A stretch of DNA of 62,987 bases, counting the filler, from Octopus bimaculoides (Eukaryota): assembly GCF_001194135.2 (NCBI RefSeq). It is 8 parts of 7 records of this genome, joined end to end, with 100 filler letters (N's around TTAATTAATTAA, not from the genome) between each part and the next. Parts side by side here need not be neighbours in the genome. Positions count along the whole stretch, not along the records: positions 1 to 13,742 come from NC_069001.1; positions 13,843 to 23,056 come from NC_068988.1; positions 23,157 to 37,677 come from NC_068983.1; 5 more parts are not named here. One strand, written 5' to 3'. A model generated the notes under the pieces. The model had not been told where the DNA came from and made no database searches. It saw only the letters and a list, made by a program, of their open reading frames with translations. Shown here piece by piece: positions 11,969 to 24,808 of this stretch. Made by a program: the position numbers and the translations under genes. Within the stretch, counting starts at the first letter, position 1. Every line of letters begins with the position of its first letter.

Positions 11969-13558
11969 NNNNNNNNNNNNNNNNNNNNNNNNNNNNNNNN
12001 NNNNNNNNNNNNNNNNNNNNNNNNNNNNNNNNNNNNNNNNNNNNNNNNNNNNNNNNNNNNNNNNNNNNNNNNNNNNNNNNNNNNNNNNNNNNNNNNNNNN
12101 NNNNNNNNNNNNNNNNNNNNNNNNNNNNNNNNNNNNNNNNNNNNNNNNNNNNNNNNNNNNNNNNNNNNNNNNNNNNNNNNNNNNNNNNNNNNNNNNNNNN
12201 NNNNNNNNNNNNNNNNNNNNNNNNNNNNNNNNNNNNNNNNNNNNNNNNNNNNNNNNNNNNNNNNNNNNNNNNNNNNNNNNNNNNNNNNNNNNNNNNNNNN
12301 NNNNNNNNNNNNNNNNNNNNNNNNNNNNNNNNNNNNNNNNNNNNNNNNNNNNNNNNNNNNNNNNNNNNNNNNNNNNNNNNNNNNNNNNNNNNNNNNNNNN
12401 NNNNNNNNNNNNNNNNNNNNNNNNNNNNNNNNNNNNNNNNNNNNNNNNNNNNNNNNNNNNNNNNNNNNNNNNNNNNNNNNNNNNNNNNNNNNNNNNNNNN
12501 NNNNNNNNNNNNNNNNNNNNNNNNNNNNNNNNNNNNNNNNNNNNNNNNNNNNNNNNNNNNNNNNNNNNNNNNNNNNNNNNNNNNNNNNNNNNNNNNNNNN
12601 NNNNNNNNNNNNNNNNNNNNNNNNNNNNNNNNNNNNNNNNNNNNNNNNNNNNNNNNNNNNNNNNNNNNNNNNNNNNNNNNNNNNNNNNNNNNNNNNNNNN
12701 NNTATATATATATATATATATATGTACGTGTGTCTGTGTGTGTATAAATATATGCACTTATACGCACACGCATACATATGCACATGCAGATATGTGTAAA
12801 TCGGAGACAAGTACTTCACATATGTGTTTCATTACACATATAACTCAGGTTATTTTGTTCGAGCTTACATACTTGTCGCTATCATTCCTTGTATCAACAA
12901 CCGATACAGAGGAAATTGTGAATACTTTCAAGTGACAACTTTACATTACTTAAACTATAAAGTACACTCAAGGAGTTTACTTCTCTCGTTTGCTTTCTAA
13001 ATCTGTCCTTTCTTATCACTATCTGTCTCTGTTACTGCCGCATCAAGCTCCCTCTCTCTTTCTCTTTTGATTTGTCTAGGTATTTCTGAATGTCTGTCAA
13101 TTTATCCTTTTAACTTTCAATATTTCTCCCCTCCTCCCTCTCTCTCTCACCTTGTCTGATTTTCTTTCTATTTTTCTCACATTAATCTTACACTTCATAG
13201 TTCTATACATCTCTCACTCAGATTTGATTTGTACCTGGGTGTTTTATATCAAGACATGTGTATATAAATATGCTTTATATATACAATATATTAATAAGCA
13301 TTCTAGATACAAAACTCTTGATTAACTTCTGTTCAGGAATATATACATATCGTTTTTAAAGCGGAAACGGCCTATAGATAAAACTATAAGAAAGAACGTT
13401 TCAATATTGGGTTTCTATAACATAAATTATATGTACATACATATGTTATATTTATAATCAATTTACAACCGTCTAATTTCGATACCAGCAAACATCTATA
13501 AATGATTTATGGTTATATGGATATACGTATATATATATATATGTGTGTGTTTGTGTGC

Positions 13559-13596
<38 letters not shown>

Positions 13597-13786
13597 GTAT
13601 GAATGCGTATATACAAATATACATATTTGTATATACGCGTACGTAGAAGTAATTATTCACAGATACAGATTTATTTGATATTCCTATATATATCCGTAAA
13701 CATGTACATACATATTCATATATATATATTCATATATATATANNNNNNNNNNNNNNNNNNNNNNNNNNNNNNNNNNNNNNNNNNNN

Positions 13787-13798
13787 TTAATTAATTAA
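13787..13798. other. Artificial TTAATTAATTAA spacer in an N gap (also 23101, 37722, 43210, 57181, 58862, 61059)
   Basis: The same 12-mer, which places stops in all six frames, sits in the middle of seven gaps of about 100 nt. Confidence 0.95.
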
Positions 13799-14515
13799 NN
13801 NNNNNNNNNNNNNNNNNNNNNNNNNNNNNNNNNNNNNNNNNNTATATATATATATATATATATATTCCTTTATTCTTTTACTTATTTCACTCATTTGACT
13901 GCGGCCATGCTGGAACACCTCCTTGAAGGGTTTTAGTCGAACAAATCGATCCCAGGACTTATTTCTTAAGCCTAGTACTTATTCCATCGGGCACGTTTAC
14001 CGAGCCGCTAAGTTACGGGCACGTGAACACACCAATACTGGTGATGGGGGAACAAACCCAGACACAAAGACACATGTATATAGGACATCCTATGCTTTTT
14101 ATAATATATTACAATAATAAATACTAACATATCAGTGTAGATATAAGTATATATACATAGGCAAATATGTGTACACACGCGTACAGACATACACATCTCA
14201 CATACACATTTCCACACACATATGCTTTTAGACAGTAAATACAGCGGAAAAGAATGTTGAGTGGTCTGTAAAAGAACAACTCACCTTATATTCCCAAGTC
14301 ATGTAATCGATGTTAGACGCGTAGTCCTGAAATGCTTCTATTCAACATTCATTGTTGTCGACCAGATCGTACGCATGTTTATATATAGTTTTATAATTAT
14401 GTACATTCTCGTAATGAATGCATGTGGTGGTGGTGGTGTTGTATGTGCGTAGAGACAAATACAAATGGGCGTTTCGACACACAGTTGTTACGCTATGAAA
14501 ATATGTTTGTAGACG

Positions 14516-14586
<71 letters not shown>

Positions 14587-14749
14587 ACGTGAATCTCTAA
14601 GTGTGTATGATGTTTTCTTCGTCTTATACTGATACAGCAAAATATGGTCTATAAATTTGAATGAACGCAAAAACAGATATGCGCAGCACACAAGCACACA
14701 CATACACACACTTAAATCAGATACACATACTCAAATATGTGCGTGTGAA

Positions 14750-14798
<49 letters not shown>

Positions 14799-15004
14799 AT
14801 GTATGTCCAGAAGTTTAATTTCCTGCTACCATGACAACAGGAGACCATGTGGATTTATGAGGAAGATCTGTTTGTTTGTAACCTGTACAACAGCCACTTA
14901 TGTCTTCACCCGTATCCAAGGCTATTGAAACCATATACTACTACTACTACTACTACTACTACTACAACGGCTGCTGCTGCTGCAGCAAACAATACTCTGT
15001 TCTA

Positions 15005-15410
15005 ATGTCGGTGCAAGGCCTGAAATCTTTTAGGGGACCACAGCTAGTCGATTACATCCATACCAGCGCTCAGCTGATTCTTATTTCATCGACCTCGAAA
15101 AGTTGAAAAGCAAAGACGATCTCGGCACAGTCTGAATTCAGAATGTAAATGCCGGGAGAACTGCTACAAAGCATTTTGTCCGGCGTGCTAACGAAATGAT
15201 GATCATGATGACCATGATGATGATGATAATAATAATAATAATAATCCTTTCTACTAAAGGCACAAGGCTCGATTTTTTTAATTTTTTTTATTTTGGTGGC
15301 GGGGAGAGTAACTGTTACTTATTTCATTGACCCCCGAAAGGATGAAAAGCAAGGTAAACCTCGGCGGAATTTGAACACAGAACGTAAGCATTTCGTCCAG
15401 CGTGCTAACA
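15005..15410 (-). mobile_element. Two adjacent decayed SINE family A copies (about 15005-15193 and 15245-15410)
   Basis: Reverse complements of gttagcacgccggacaaaatgc and ttcaaattccgccgagg motifs. Confidence 0.7.
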
Positions 15411-16065
15411 AGAATGATGATGATGATGATATTGTTACTCATTTAGCTAACAATGTGTTTTAAGTCAGCTCTATGATTTTTGGTAGTTTAGTGAACTAAA
15501 TATAAACCATCAAGTCACCAACTAACCCTCATCACTTCACCTGGAAGTCTTGATTGAGATCTTGACACTCTAATAGTTCTCAACTAATGATGATCAAACA
15601 TTTTATAAATGTTCTTTGTTCCAGTCATATAAGTGCGGCCATGTTGGAGCACCATCTTAAGGAGTTTTCCCGAACAAATCTACCCCATTACTTAAATTTG
15701 AAGCTTGGTATTTATCGTAGCGTACTCTTCTACCGAACCGTTAAGTTACGGTGACGTAAACAAACTAGTACCGGTTGTCAAGTTCTGTGGAACACACACG
15801 CATATGCATAGATACACATCCAGTTACATATGCACACATACACAATCACACGCACACGCATACACACACATACCGCCGTGCAATCACTGGAATCAGTAAA
15901 ATCTACACGGAAAAGGTGCCAAGTTTTCGAGCAAAAGATCAATAGCATTAATTATTTATTGACGCATACATTTCATAGAAAAATGTATTTATTGCCTAGT
16001 TATATCAAATAGAGGGTTTTTATCTTTTAATCACTCACACACTCACACACATGATTTACTTTCGG

Positions 16066-16570
16066 TTTTTTTAACACCAAGCTCATTGAGATTATATTCT
16101 CTTACGGCTAAAAAAACAAAAAACACCCACCCGACCAACCAACTAACCCTAACCCTAACTCTAACACCTTAATTATGTGTGTTCAATTTTGCTCGTATAC
16201 TTCGAGCTTCTTCTAATTCATATTTGAATTTTTTTCCGTGGCATGAAACGTTGGTTTTCAAACCGTTTAGCATATAGCCATAATCGGTGAAATGCGTAGC
16301 AGCGAGCCTTGTTCGGTTCCCGGCATTGAAGGGTCACCACATTGACGAAACGTCGATGTCGGTTGCTCCAAAAACGGACCTGGCGTGAATTGTCCGGCTT
16401 GTATATGACTTACCCTCAGATGTTTTTAACACCAGGCGCATTGAGAATATAATCTCTTACGCTTAAAAAAACGCAGCCGACCCACGAATTAACAACACAC
16501 ACACACACACACACCTTATGTGTTCGATTTTGTTCATATACCGCGTGCTGCTTCTAATTCATATTCGAAT
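16066..16570. repeat. Imperfect direct repeat pair, period about 355 bp
   Basis: ttttaacacca.gc.cattgaga.tata.tctcttacg...ttatgtgt.ttc.attttg...cttctaattcatatt.gaat at 16066-16229 and 16422-16570. Confidence 0.85.
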
Positions 16571-17019
16571 ATAAACGTGTGTGTGTGTGTATGCATGCGT
16601 ATAGGTGTGTGTGCGTGGGTTAGTATGAATATGTGCGCGTATATATGTGTGTATATTATATTCTTGTACATGAATGTATAAATAAATGAGTTTATGTATG
16701 TGTCTATGAATGAAAATGCTTATGTTCTGTACGTCTGTGTTTGTAAATGAGTGTGCGTGGTGGGGTGGGTACAGCGGGTTGCTAGGTAACAACTGTCTAT
16801 CTAGAATACTCGGCATGACCGTATGTGTGTGAGCGAGTATAAGAAGAGATAGACTGTGTAAGGTGAACAGGATAACTAGCAGAAAGATGAGAGACATAAA
16901 ACGTAATAAAGGGGTTGAAGAACTGTGCGTGAGAGGGAAGAGAGAGGGCGAGGAGGAGGAGGAGGATGTGAGAGAGAGAGAGAGGAGGGGGACGAGTGTG
17001 TTTGTATTGTGTGTGTACT

Positions 17020-17050
<31 letters not shown>

Positions 17051-17284
17051 TATACAGAATGGGAAAGGGACAAAACACAGAAAGACGATACAAAGAAAAG
17101 ACGGACGGGTCGTTCGGAGTTTTCTCTCTTCAGTCGAGATCCAGATTATCCTTGCAATTTCGGATGGTTACTCTCGATATTGCTCTACAAAATATGAGTT
17201 ATTTTTCGTAGCAAATTATATTTTTTGTGGACTACCATAAACGCACGCATCATACCAACACCATACTACCACACACAGTAGCGT

Positions 17285-17398
17285 ATTATGTAACCTGATG
17301 AGGTCTCTTCTGCACTGTGGGATGCATTCGATTCTATTATATCGTCCCCACCCACTAGGGAGCTGTGCAGATGTAAGCCGAAACGATCGTCGTGATAA
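17285..17398 (+). ncRNA. Type I hammerhead ribozyme candidate with extended helix II
   Basis: CTGATGA 17295-17301, helix II GGT/GCC plus TCTGCAC(17309-15)/GTGCAGA(17365-71), GAAA 17380-83, palindromic helix III ACGATCGT, GUC site at C17391, imperfect helix I ttatgtaac/gtgataa. Confidence 0.55.
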
Positions 17399-17626
17399 TT
17401 AAATCTTACTCTATCTTTCCTATCAATTATTTAAAATATACTAAAAGAAGCACCGAGGAATTCCTTACGTAGATCCTGCGACTAAAGTGCAGTAACGCGT
17501 ATGAGCGTGGTAGCTGTAAGTGGTAAACGTGTTTCAAGGCACAGTACGAGAGACATACCGAAAACAAAGTTTGGATTCTACATTTTAAAGTTCCGTATGT
17601 AAACTTTAATTTTAGATATAACCTAT

Positions 17627-17663
<37 letters not shown>

Positions 17664-18361
17664 NNNNNNNNNNNNNNNNNNNNNNNNNNNNNNNNNNNNN
17701 NNNNNNNNNNNNNNNNNNNNNNNNNNNNNNNNNNNNNNNNNNNNNNNNNNNNNNNNNNNNNNNNNNNNNNNNNNNNNNNNNNNNNNNNNNNNNNNNNNNN
17801 NNNNNNNNNNNNNNNNNNNNNNNNNNNNNNNNNNNNNNNNNNNNNNNNNNNNNNNNNNNNNNNNNNNNNNNNNNNNNNNNNNNNNNNNNNNNNNNNNNNN
17901 NNNNNNNNNNNNNNNNNNNNNNNNNNNNNNNNNNNNNNNNNNNNNNNNNNNNNNNNNNNNNNNNNNNNNNNNNNNNNNNNNNNNNNNNNNNNNNNNNNNN
18001 NNNNNNNNNNNNNNNNNNNNNNNNNNNNNNNNNNNNNNNNNNNNNNNNNNNNNNNNNNNNNNNNNNNNNNNNNNNNNNNNNNNNNNNNNNNNNNNNNNNN
18101 NNNNNNNNNNNNNNNNNNNNNNNNNNNNNNNNNNNNNNNNNNNNNNNNNNNNNNNNNNNNNNNNNNNNNNNNNNNNNNNNNNNNNNNNNNNNNNNNNNNN
18201 NNNNNNNNNNNNNNNNNNNNNNNNNNNNNNNNNNNNNNNNNNNNNNNNNNNNNNNNNNNNNNNNNNNNNNNNNNNNNNNNNNNNNNNNNNNNNNNNNNNN
18301 NNNNNNNNNNNNNNNNNNNNNNNNNNNNNNNNNNNNNNNNNNNNNNNNNNNNNNNNNNNNN

Positions 18362-18405
<44 letters not shown>

Positions 18406-18739
18406 GAAAAGTAAAAAGAAAACAAAGAAAATGCATATTAGATATAAAAATAAAGGCTTTTTAAAGAAAAGCAAAGATATATAATACAATTAGATGATTT
18501 GAGGTGGAGTTATGAAGTATAAAAATCATTATTCAAAATCATACCGGTATCGTCAGAGCTGATCACTGACTCTGAATGAACACTGATTTCCAAACGGTGT
18601 TGAGTCTAATAGTACCTGAGTGAAAAGATTACATGCAAGGGAGGTAAGCAGTTCTGGAAGTGATGCAAATAAGGTAGATATAAATACTGGAATATAAGTA
18701 GTGTATGGGATGTATGGAGATTAGTAGGATTATTGGTAA

Positions 18740-19060
18740 GGTTAGTTGTGTCTTGTATTAAATTGTGTGTTCATGTTGGGTTGTGGATGATATTTATTAA
18801 TGAAAGTTGTCTCTTTATTTGATCTTTACTGTATTGAGGTGTTCTGTGAACATTGATAAAAAGGGAAAATTAAGAAGTTCGGTTTAAGGTTCCTAGCACA
18901 TCTTTCTATGTGCTCATTGTCCTTATCTGTCTATATTGTGGGTAGCGAATTTGTTCTTTGTGAAGAGTTGTTCTTTGTCGGAGTGACATTCTTGTTTGGC
19001 AGGTAATGACTTTGATTCTCTATTATGAGACATAATATTGATTTTTATACTTCTCGTTGC
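18740..19060 (-). mobile_element. Penelope-like GIY-YIG C-terminal remnant
   Basis: HIERCARNLKPNFLIFPFYQC....IQ*RSNKETTFINKYHPQPN. Confidence 0.6.
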
Positions 19061-19957
19061 TTTTCTTTAAAAAAAAACCTTTATTTTTTTATATCTAATG
19101 GGCATTTTCTTTGTTTTATTTCTATTTTTCTTCTATTTATACCACGTGTAGTCTTTTTTCTTTGAAACCTATATCAAAACAGGAACTTGGAAAAATTAAT
19201 TGATTTTCTCTTTGAAGAATTTTTAGCAGAAAATTTCTTTCATGTACAATCATGAAATTCCAGTTAGCAAATGAAACATGTGTAATGGTGAAAAAATAGT
19301 TCCAAAGAAGATTTCCAACTTCCTGTTTCGATATATGATCATTCTGCAAACAATAATCCCTGAATTTTTAAATCTAATACGTAACTCACATAAACATAAC
19401 AACTATTTAACTGGATTGAAATACTGGAATAAGCAGATGCGCTTTAAGTGGACACAGCTCGGATTTTAACCCTACATACATGTGGCTGTCTGCTAAGAAG
19501 TTTGCTTCCCAACCACACGGGTTCAGTTCCATTGCGTGGCCCCTTGCCCAAGTGTCTTCTACTCTAGCCTCAGGCCAACCAAAAACTTATGAGCGGATTT
19601 GGTAACCAGAAACTGAAAGAAGTCCCGCGCGTGTGTGTGTGTGTGTTTGCGTTTGTGTTAGTCCCTCACCACCGTTTGACAATTGGTGTAGGTTTGTCAT
19701 CCATCCATCTCTTTTTTCAGGTTTTTTCCCTGGAATTTGGCTGATAATTCCGAGTGACTCTCCTTAATGTTGCTTGCGGTTTAGTGACAGATAAAGACAT
19801 GAAGCCTAAAACCACAACCTGATGTCCCTATTCTATTGAAGAGTAGGGACACCAGTTATTGATAGCTATGAAAGGCATCAATGGTGGAACGTGTTCATAC
19901 AAATCCTACAGTCAACAGCGACAGCATCAGCATCACCCTTCTCATCAAGAACAAAAA

Positions 19958-19998
<41 letters not shown>

Positions 19999-20333
19999 GG
20001 TAAGCAAGTTATTCAATGTAGTCGGTTGAGCTAAAATGACGTGATGATGGCCACGGCTAGGACGTCTCTGATCAGTTCCATCAAGACAGACCTGGAACTA
20101 AACGCCACCACCACCACCACTACCAACAACAACAATTGCTTTCTCCACGTGGACCACCAACCAAAAGACACGTAGACCTCTCCACCTTATCCAATACTTC
20201 AAATAACTTTACAGGAATGTCTAACTCGCAGAAGCAACAAAGTGAACTTCAGCTTGTAATAATGTATAAATATATACAAACTCCATCCTTTTCCACACTC
20301 ACTCTCTCTTCCTGTTTCTCTCTCTCTCTTTCT

Positions 20334-20414
<81 letters not shown>

Positions 20415-21203
20415 ACACACAACCCCCCCCCCAAAAAAAACGTATGTACATGCACACATGTACGTGAGTGTATTTAATAATTAGCCAAATCCGGTTTCAG
20501 AGCATTTCAGTAACTAATCCAAGTAATTAAGGTAAAAGCAATTAGCAACAACAAAAAGGGAATATTATATGCACCGTTGCTCCTTCTTCTTCTCTTCGTC
20601 TTCCACTTCTCCTCCTCCTCATTCTTTTCTTCTGTTTCTTTTTCTTCTTCCCCTCCTTCTTCTCCTCCCTTTTTTCTTTTTTTTTCTTCTTCTATGGCTT
20701 CTGCCTCCCTCTATCATTACCATGCAGATTGTCGTTGTACTGGTCTGAGATCGGTCGAAGTTTTATACATACATACATACATACATACATACATACATAC
20801 TACTCTCCTCCCCATCCACCACTTTCACGTCTTCATTTTTTTCCCTTCTTCCTTATCTCTTCCATTTCATTACTAAAATGTCTGTCCAACCAACGTATTC
20901 CAGAAGCAGCTGGTCTTATTTAGATTGAAAATAAATAAATAAACATAAAAATAAAATATAAAGAAATTTAAAACTAAAAAAAAAATACTTTGAATAACAA
21001 AAAAAGATATGAAAAGAGAGAAAGGTAGTTTGAAAACTGATCGAAAATAAAATAAAAAATGTAAAGAAAGTTCAATGTGTATGTTTTTCTTTCTCTAACC
21101 TACCGTTAAATAGCTCGGATGTTGATTGTTTTAGTTCTCGTCTAAGACCGGTCGAAGTCATATACATACATGCATACACACAGACAGACTGATAAATAAC
21201 CAC

Positions 21204-21338
<135 letters not shown>

Positions 21339-22403
21339 CATTCCTTTTATTAGCCACACAAGGCTTTACACAGAGGGGACAAATACAATGTAGAGCTTTT
21401 CTTTTGGGGAAGGGGAAGGAGAGAAAAAACGGGTGGGGGTCAATCAAAAGGGATCGTAGGAAAGAAAAAAGGGGGGAGTTCGATCAAAAGGGATCGAGAA
21501 AAAAAGGGATCAATAGGGATCGTGTATTACAGCAATGTTCGTGTAAAAAGGGGGGACAGTTAAGGTTTAGCCGTGGAAAGAAAAGCCTACGAAAAAGACC
21601 ACGGTAACCTTGGCCAATATTGTCATTGTCATTGTCATAACAGTAAGTGACTCTCTTTTGCCTTTTTGTTTTTTGTCTGGATTTTTTTTTTACTCCTTTA
21701 TAGTGTTATGCTCAAGGTGGCTCCGTCATTCACACGTGCCATTCTTGCTACATTCACCCATCTTTTTTCTTAAGCATTCACTAGACAAGACTTCCCTTTC
21801 TACTCTCACCTTCCTCTTCAGGTGATACTTGAAGAAGTTGATCAGAGATTGCCCAGAGAGGAAAGTCTTTGTCTCTAGACCTTTCAGACGCGTCCACCAT
21901 ACACATTCTTTCGCCATATCCACAAGTACGATGAAAATAGCTCTTCCTTCCCGTTTAAAGGAAGGAGGCGCGACAATATTCACAATAGACTCGGCTGATA
22001 GACCGACTCGTCCCACACGCGATAGCAGTTGTTAGACGTAAGCCCACAGCTCAGAAATGGTGGGACACTGTACGAGTGCGTGCAGAACGGTTTCGTCGCT
22101 CTGCCCGCATCTCGGGCAGGTCGGCCCCGTGTTTCTCGAGACATGCCTGTAGAGCTTATCCCGATCGGGTAGTGCTTCTCGATAACACTGCCAGGCCTGG
22201 GATCTCTGGAAGTTGTCCATAGGTCCCGGCCCGAAGGTCGTCTTAAACAGGCGGGTCAGGTATTCCTCGTCGACGCCCAGGTTCGCCCCGAGATCGTCGT
22301 CGTACCTTCCCTCCACTAATCTACTATAGAATGCGTTAGTTGTGATGCAGTCGCTCAAGGTTGACCCGGGTTGTTGGAGTTGCCGAAGAGCAGCGCGACA
22401 CTC
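21339..22403 (-). mobile_element. 5'-truncated Tx1/L1-clade LINE (ORF2 C-terminus plus 3' UTR)
   Basis: zf-RVT-like AWQCYREALPDRDKLYRH...CPRCGQSDETVLHALVQCPTISELWAYV. ORF ends ...KRWVNVARMARVNDGATLSITL* near 21703, followed by about 360 nt of UTR ending AATAAAAGGAA then (TCTA)n. Confidence 0.85.
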
Positions 22404-22435
<32 letters not shown>

Positions 22436-22468
22436 GGACGGACGGATAAATGGATGGATGGATGGATG

Positions 22469-22522
<54 letters not shown>

Positions 22523-22523
22523 C
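22404..22523. repeat. (GACA)n/(GATG)n/(GATA)n compound microsatellite
   Basis: Direct reading. Confidence 0.95.
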
Positions 22524-22559
22524 ATGCAATACATATATCATACATATACAAACATGCAT

Positions 22560-22893
22560 CGTCGTCGTGGCACTCCGTCGGTTGCGACGACGACGGGGTT
22601 TCCATTTGATCCGATCAACGGAACAGCCTACACGTGAGTTTAACGTGCAAGTGGCTGAGCACTCCACAGTCACGTGTACCCTTAACACAGTTCTCGGGGA
22701 GAAACAGGAAGAAAGAGTGAGAGAAAGGTGTGGCGAAAGAGTACAGCAGGGTTCGTCACCACCGCCTGCCGGAGCCTCGTGGAGCTTTAGGTGTTTTCGC
22801 TCAATAAACACTCAAAACGCCCGGTTTGGGAATCGAAACCGCGATCTTATGACGGCGAGTCCGCTGCCCTAACCACTGGGCTATTGCGCCTCC
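22560..22893 (-). mobile_element. tRNA-derived SINE family C
   Basis: ggaggcgcaatagcccagtggttagggcagcggactcg...ggtttcgattccc (A and B boxes), ending ccgacggagtgccacgacgac. Confidence 0.85.
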
Positions 22894-22912
22894 TCAAAAA
22901 TACGTGTGTGTA

Positions 22913-22959
<47 letters not shown>

Positions 22960-23559
22960 ATAATTGGAATTTACAAAAGACGAAGACAGGTGTATAAACA
23001 ACAAACAAGTGTATTAGTTTAACGCTCGGGAAGATGAGAAAGTCTTTTACGTTTCGNNNNNNNNNNNNNNNNNNNNNNNNNNNNNNNNNNNNNNNNNNNN
23101 TTAATTAATTAANNNNNNNNNNNNNNNNNNNNNNNNNNNNNNNNNNNNNNNNNNNNATACGCAAGAGAAACCGGGAAACCAGCACTATGATCCCTACTGA
23201 GTAATGTGGACTAACCATATATGTATGTATATACATGCATACATATATCTGCGTTATATATTTATATATGGTATACATAATATACTAGAGTTTTCTGCAA
23301 TTTCATGTATTTCGAGGTAGTTTCCAAAAGTTTCCGGACGCGAATTTTTTTTTTTTTTTTTTTGTCACGAGAGTTCCGGATGCCAGTAATGAACTCATGT
23401 GCGTACAACCAATCAGAGCTCACCTTGACTTTGTTGTCAAATTAACAAAGGTTGACATTCAAAACGGCGAATCTTGTTTTGTGCTCTTATTCAGATGCCA
23501 ATATCATCAATACTAAACACATACGCTGGTTAGCGATAAGTTTGAACTACCGAGAATCT

Positions 23560-23900
23560 CTAGTCAGTATGGAGGCAATTGGTGTGCAACCAACTGCAGC
23601 ATCCAAGAGAAAGATGGTTGGTGGTGGCTGAAACTGCATCGGTGCTGGCAGACCGTAGAAGGATTGTTGGAAAAGTTTGAAAGGAAAGGTGCCGTTCAGC
23701 TCTCAGATTATGCCTGGACGCAAAACTCAATATAACATTCGTGAATGTGTTAAAAACAACCAATCTTTTGGTAAAACACTCTACTAAGTAAACTCAAGAC
23801 GCAGAACGGTGTTGTAAGTCGACCGATCGCCGAGTTATGCCTGATTTTAGAAGGAGACAAGTAATTGCATCTATACCTATTATTGGATTTTGTTAGGACT
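23560..23900 (+). mobile_element. Possible Tc1/mariner-superfamily N-terminal (HTH) remnant
   Basis: TVEGLLEKFERKGAV..., MPGRK and LHLY fragments in different frames loosely resemble Tc1-type HTH regions. Confidence 0.3.
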
Positions 23901-24701
23901 CCATATGGTAAAGATGTGGGTAGGGAAAATGTGGGTAGTGGGAGATGTGCTAGCATCCCTCTCCTTTTACTGTTTTACAAAGTAAACAACACAACTACGC
24001 AGGTGGAGCCATGGTTGAAACAAGAACAAGAACAACAAGCATCCTTAAAAGAGAAAAGAAGCATGGTCATTCCTTACCCAAGTGACATTATCTTATCGCC
24101 CATCACTTGCGCTCTCATAAATTAGTTTGATAGTTGAGCTCTGATTAGCTGTATGCAAATGAGTTCATTTCGGGTTCGGAACTCTCGTGGAGAAAGAAAA
24201 TTTTGCTTCCTGGAATAGTTCTGGAGCACATCAACACATGAAGGCACACGGTTGCGTGCGCAGTAGGAGCTAGCAGTGACCTTCATGAAGCAGTGTGCTG
24301 AGTGACATTGTTGTGTTTACTTCACAAGTTGTGAAATTTGTGTTTTTGTAATTACGTGTGTAAGAAATATCGTTCATTATTTAACCTTTAGGTTAAATAC
24401 CTAATTCCTCACATCAAACTTTAAGAAGGAAAAATGAAGAACGGATAACGCAGTCTCTAAACCAGAAACATAACAATATTTATTCTTGTAGTATATTCAT
24501 ACAGCATGGATATTCGGCAGTTCTTGTCTGTATATTCATACAGCATGGTTATTCGGCTGTTGGTCGCTCCATCACTTGTCCGCTGATCCCGTCACGAGTT
24601 AGTTGGGTCTCGAAGAGAGCGATACAAAACACGTCCTTCGCCCACGAAGTTGTCGACGCAAGAGAAAGATAAACGCGGGAAAACGTTGAGTGAGTCGAAC
24701 T

Positions 24702-24808
24702 ACGCATGCGCATGAGACTCTTCCTGTGTTCCTTCCGGAACTAGTCCCTGCGCATGCGTGGATGAAAACGCAGTAATGGCGACTGTATTTTGGCGCCAAA
24801 TGACGTCA
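24702..24808. promoter_or_regulatory. Cluster of housekeeping-type motifs (NRF1-like x2, ETS x2, YY1-like, E2F palindrome, CRE)
   Basis: ACGCATGCGCA 24702-12, CTTCCTG, TTCCGGAA, TGCGCATGCGT 24749-59, AATGGCG 24775-81, TTTGGCGCCAAA 24789-800, TGACGTCA 24801-08. Function is inferred only. Confidence 0.45.

Noticed and set aside
16143-16163. (TAACCC)x3 as an interstitial telomere or fusion scar
   Set aside because: Too short, and it occupies a variable microsatellite slot within a repeat unit.
22800-22893. tRNA genes at SINE heads (also 11700-11798, 7180-7252)
   Set aside because: A and B boxes are present, but they continue into SINE bodies and lack a full acceptor stem.
23565-23735. YGGNWCATNC...DGWWW frame as a fibrinogen-like exon
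   Set aside because: No convincing splice sites, an upstream in-frame stop, and it is better explained as transposon debris.
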